NCBI GenBank assembly: GCA_035705175.1
Contig: DASSWH010000079.1
Span: 1-38,878 of the forward strand
Direction: 5' to 3'
From: Pseudidiomarina sp.
Lineage (GTDB): Bacteria > Pseudomonadota > Gammaproteobacteria > Enterobacterales > Alteromonadaceae
DNA: 38,878 nucleotides
The notes under the pieces were generated by a model. The model was not told the origin of the DNA. It saw nothing but the letters and a program-made list of their open reading frames with translations, and made no database searches. The position numbers and the translations under genes were made by a program. Each line of letters opens with the position of its first letter. The stretch's first letter is position 1. Positions 35,882 through 38,878 of this stretch are shown here, one piece after another.

Positions 35882-36886
35882 TTAAAAGTTCACGATAGTG
35901 CGATTACGGCCCTGATGTTTTGCCTCGTAAAGCGCCTGATCAGCAGCAGCTACTGCTTGTTCGGGCGCTTGGTTAGGCTGCAAACTGGCGAGACCAAAGC
36001 TCATTGTTGTGCGCTCGTTTGGAAATAGCTTCAGCTCGGCGATGTGCTCGCGCAACTGTTCACAAATAGCGAATGCCTCGGTGGTCGAGGTGTTCGGTAG
36101 AATCAACATGAACTCCTCACCGCCCCAGCGACCAACAAAATCCGATTCACGTACCTGTAAGCGCAACAACTGCGCAATGTGTTGCAGCACACGGTCACCT
36201 TGCAAATGTCCAAAGCGATCGTTGATGGTTTTAAAGTGATCAATGTCAGCAAGCACAATGGCGGCTTCATTCAGGTTATTGTTGTCTGAGCGGGTAAATT
36301 GCGCCAGCGTCGCGTCTAGGCTCAAGCGATTCGCGAGGCCGGTCAATCTATCTGTATTCGACAATCGTTCGAGCTCATCATAAGCATCGGCACGAGACTT
36401 CTCGTAGTGTCGGAAGAGGAACCAGTGGGCGGTGAAAACTTCGATCATATTCAACAAACTACCCAAGCCCATAGTCAGAGGTTCAGCGCGCGGAAGCTGA
36501 TAAGCCATAAAGGCAATGGTGTACCCAAATACGATCGCGGTGTACCAAGCTCCGACTTTTCGTCCCAACAAAAAGAACACTATCGGTGGAATTACAGTGA
36601 CCCAGAGTACCGAATAACTATTGCCGGTGACCAAGTGCATGAACATCATCACGTTAAAAGTAATAGCGATGCAGACGAGCCAAGATGAACGTCGCAACTG
36701 GCGGTGACGTTTATGGTAAGCCCCTATGAGTGCGGCTGCGACTAAACTGATGTAGTTAAAAACGGCAAGCTCGTAGGCGGCAAATACAACCACGTTAAGG
36801 GTGCCTATTACGAATGAAAATACGCCAATGATCCACAGTACACTCATGACTAAGGTGTATTGATGACGATGTGCCGTGGTCTTCAT
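35882..36886 (-). CDS. Membrane-bound diguanylate cyclase (GGDEF domain)
   Basis: About six N-terminal TM helices; DRLTGLANR, DIDHFKTINDRFGHLQGD, RESD I-site, WGGEEF, ADQALYEAKHQGRN. Confidence 0.93.
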   Translation of the reverse strand: MKTTAHRHQYTLVMSVLWIIGVFSFVIGTLNVVVFAAYELAVFNYISLVAAALIGAYHKRHRQLRRSSWLVCIAITFNVMMFMHLVTGNSYSVLWVTVIPPIVFFLLGRKVGAWYTAIVFGYTIAFMAYQLPRAEPLTMGLGSLLNMIEVFTAHWFLFRHYEKSRADAYDELERLSNTDRLTGLANRLSLDATLAQFTRSDNNNLNEAAIVLADIDHFKTINDRFGHLQGDRVLQHIAQLLRLQVRESDFVGRWGGEEFMLILPNTSTTEAFAICEQLREHIAELKLFPNERTTMSFGLASLQPNQAPEQAVAAADQALYEAKHQGRNRTIVNF

Positions 36887-37068
36887 TTTGTTACTCCAAT
36901 GTTTCCCAATAACTTGTTATATGTCATTCGCTTAGGAATGGGAAGCCAACATTAAAGTATTTTGTTACATAACCTTTACAATTTAAAGGCGATAAATTGT
37001 TACCTTTTTCGATAGTCGAGCATCTATACTCATAACGACGACTGTTTTGTTGTCTGCCGATTGGAGGC

Positions 37069-38517
37069 ATGATTATGCGACATCATTCTGGTTTAAAATT
37101 AAGCGTCATCGCGCTCAGCCTGATGGCAGTAACCGGTTGTACCGCAACCTACGCATCCCGCAGCGAAGTGATTCGCTCCGAAATGACTCAGGTCATTCGT
37201 GATGCTGCGTACTATGAAACTGCGACCATAGATGAGCTACTCGCCCCTGTGGCGCTCTATCCAGACGCGTTACTCTCTCATATTCTCATTGCAGCAACGT
37301 ATCCATTAGAGGTGGTCCAAGCCGAACGCTGGACACAAGACTATGCTCATCTTGATGCTGAGGCTGCACTAGCCGCAGTGGAACCCCAGCCGTGGGATCC
37401 AAGCGTGAAGGCTTTGGTGGCAACACCGGGTGTTTTAAAGCGAATGAGTACCGACTTAGCCTGGACGCAAGCTTTAGGAGAAGCATTTCTCGCTGAAGAA
37501 GAAGCGGTTTTGGCAAGCATTCAAAGTCTGCGCCAGCAAGCATACACGGCTGGCAACCTCGCTAGCGATGAACATATTAATGTGCAACGCGAAGAGAAGA
37601 CGATTGTCATTGAGACCGTTCGGCGTGAAGTTGTTTATGTACCTTACTATGACAGCCGTTACGTTTACGGAGACTGGTGGTGGCAAAACCGTTCGCCCGT
37701 ATATTGGCATTATCCGTCATTACACGTGAGTATTGGTTCTGGTATTTACTGGGGCGTCAATTATCACGTTCCTAGTGCCTATTACTTCAGCTCCTTTTAT
37801 TGGCCACAGCGTTATGTTGTGGTGCATCACCACCATTACCACAAGCCCAAAAAGCATTATCCAGAGCGTCGACAAATTGTTCAGGATGGCCGGCGCTGGC
37901 AGCATGAGCCCGAGCATCGTCGTGGGGTTAAGTTTAAACGTCGTGAATTACAATGGGATGGACCAAAGCGCCAGATCGTAGATCGTCGTGATCCAGTGGC
38001 CAATCAAGAACCACAGCGGCGCAAACTATCGACTGCACCGACCATAACCGAGAATCCGGGTAAGCGAGTACAATCGCGCGATACTCGTATTGCTGATGAT
38101 CGTTTACGCCGTGACGTGGTAGATATCACCGATCAGCCGATTCGGCAGCAACGTCCGTCCATCAGAACTCCGACTGAAATCAGAACTCGATTAGCCGAGA
38201 GACCAACGATCACGAATCAACCGACGCGGGAGCGTCCGCAGATCAGTACGCCGTTGCCACGCCAACAACCGCTGTTTAAGCAGAGTCCACAACCGCGTAT
38301 TTCAGAACCTGTTGCTCAGCGACCTGTGCAGAGGATGCCTGCGGTGAGTAGTCCAGTGGTCAGGCAGCCGGCGGTTTCACAACCAAGCTATTCACGACCA
38401 GCGCTGCAGTCGCCAGTCATTCAGCAGCCGAGAATTCAGCAGCCACAAGCTCGCTCCGTGCAACCGATAGTTCGGCCAGCAGTTCGTCCCTCGCGACCGA
38501 AACAGGACATTGAATAA
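37069..38517 (+). CDS. DUF3300-domain lipoprotein with long R/Q/P-rich disordered tail
   Basis: AVTGC lipobox; LLAPVALYPDALLSHILIAATYPLEVVQA, WDPSVKAL, VYVPYYD. Confidence 0.9.
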   Translation: MIMRHHSGLKLSVIALSLMAVTGCTATYASRSEVIRSEMTQVIRDAAYYETATIDELLAPVALYPDALLSHILIAATYPLEVVQAERWTQDYAHLDAEAALAAVEPQPWDPSVKALVATPGVLKRMSTDLAWTQALGEAFLAEEEAVLASIQSLRQQAYTAGNLASDEHINVQREEKTIVIETVRREVVYVPYYDSRYVYGDWWWQNRSPVYWHYPSLHVSIGSGIYWGVNYHVPSAYYFSSFYWPQRYVVVHHHHYHKPKKHYPERRQIVQDGRRWQHEPEHRRGVKFKRRELQWDGPKRQIVDRRDPVANQEPQRRKLSTAPTITENPGKRVQSRDTRIADDRLRRDVVDITDQPIRQQRPSIRTPTEIRTRLAERPTITNQPTRERPQISTPLPRQQPLFKQSPQPRISEPVAQRPVQRMPAVSSPVVRQPAVSQPSYSRPALQSPVIQQPRIQQPQARSVQPIVRPAVRPSRPKQDIE

Positions 38518-38535
38518 CGTTCAGGTTCAAGCAAT

Positions 38536-38574
38536 AAAAAGCCCGGCGCAGTGTTAACTGGCCGGGCTTTTTTT
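38536..38574. terminator. Bidirectional Rho-independent terminator
   Basis: AAAAAGCCCGGC...GCCGGGCTTTTTTT between convergent genes. Confidence 0.92.
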
Positions 38575-38585
38575 ATGACTAAAAC

Positions 38586-38878
38586 TTATTGCTTCGGCAT
38601 GTCAGCATGGAATTTCGCAAGCGACTCGACAACCTGCTGATTCGGAAGCTCAGCAAAAGGTTTTTCAAGGAACTTGGTGCCACGCATCTGAACTGAAATA
38701 CGAGCGGCTTCAGGATTCAGCATAGTTTGCTGATAGAAGGCTTTAATGTCCGCTAATGTGACGGCTTCAACCGCAGCAATAAGTTGTTGTTTGCTGTCAA
38801 AGTCAAAGTTCTCACGATACCAGTCAGAGATGAATGGAGACACTTCTTCAGACATGTTCTTCGGCGGCTCTTTCAGTG
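38586..38878 (-). CDS. C-terminus of an insulinase / pitrilysin (M16) peptidase (runs off window)
   Basis: Open frame from the window end: LKEPPKNMSEE...NFDFDSKQQLIAAVEAVTLADIKAFY...ISVQMRG. Confidence 0.7.
   Translation of the reverse strand, partial: LKEPPKNMSEEVSPFISDWYRENFDFDSKQQLIAAVEAVTLADIKAFYQQTMLNPEAARISVQMRGTKFLEKPFAELPNQQVVESLAKFHADMPKQ

Noticed and set aside
35874-35894. Hairpin CGTGAAC-N7-GTTCACG between gdhA and the DGC gene
   Set aside because: No U-tract on either strand and it overlaps the DGC stop codon; unremarkable.

Overview
A roughly 49-50% GC (estimated by eye) marine gammaproteobacterial chromosome segment; gene content and style suggest Alteromonadales, probably Idiomarinaceae (inference). 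The left third (372-13320) is a complete enterobacterial-type phosphoethanolamine-cellulose locus, bcsEFG (-) divergent from bcsRQABZC (+). It has a lipobox-bearing BcsZ, a shortened BcsC and a variant PilZ motif. The rest is a mosaic: Ntn-hydrolase acylase, MaoC dehydratase, orphan WYL regulator, a DUF3667/GT2-GtrA/PepSY/PepSY operon, ogt, Nramp-like transporter, beta-barrel protein, malic enzyme, OsmC, 2OG-Fe(II) oxygenase, an unusual wHTH-TM-receiver regulator, 1-Cys peroxiredoxin, SRAP, serine hydrolase, an interrupted DUF4010 gene, two CxxxxC paralogs, gdhA, a membrane diguanylate cyclase, a DUF3300 lipoprotein and a partial M16 peptidase. I saw no tRNA, rRNA, CRISPR array or transposase. 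The best non-coding signals are a candidate CsrA/RsmA-sponge sRNA (three 15-nt-spaced ACGGA hairpins plus a terminator) directly behind the wHTH-TM-REC gene, an inverted heptamer-repeat array in the peroxiredoxin leader, and several operator-like palindromes. All family calls come from motif recognition by eye, not database searches.
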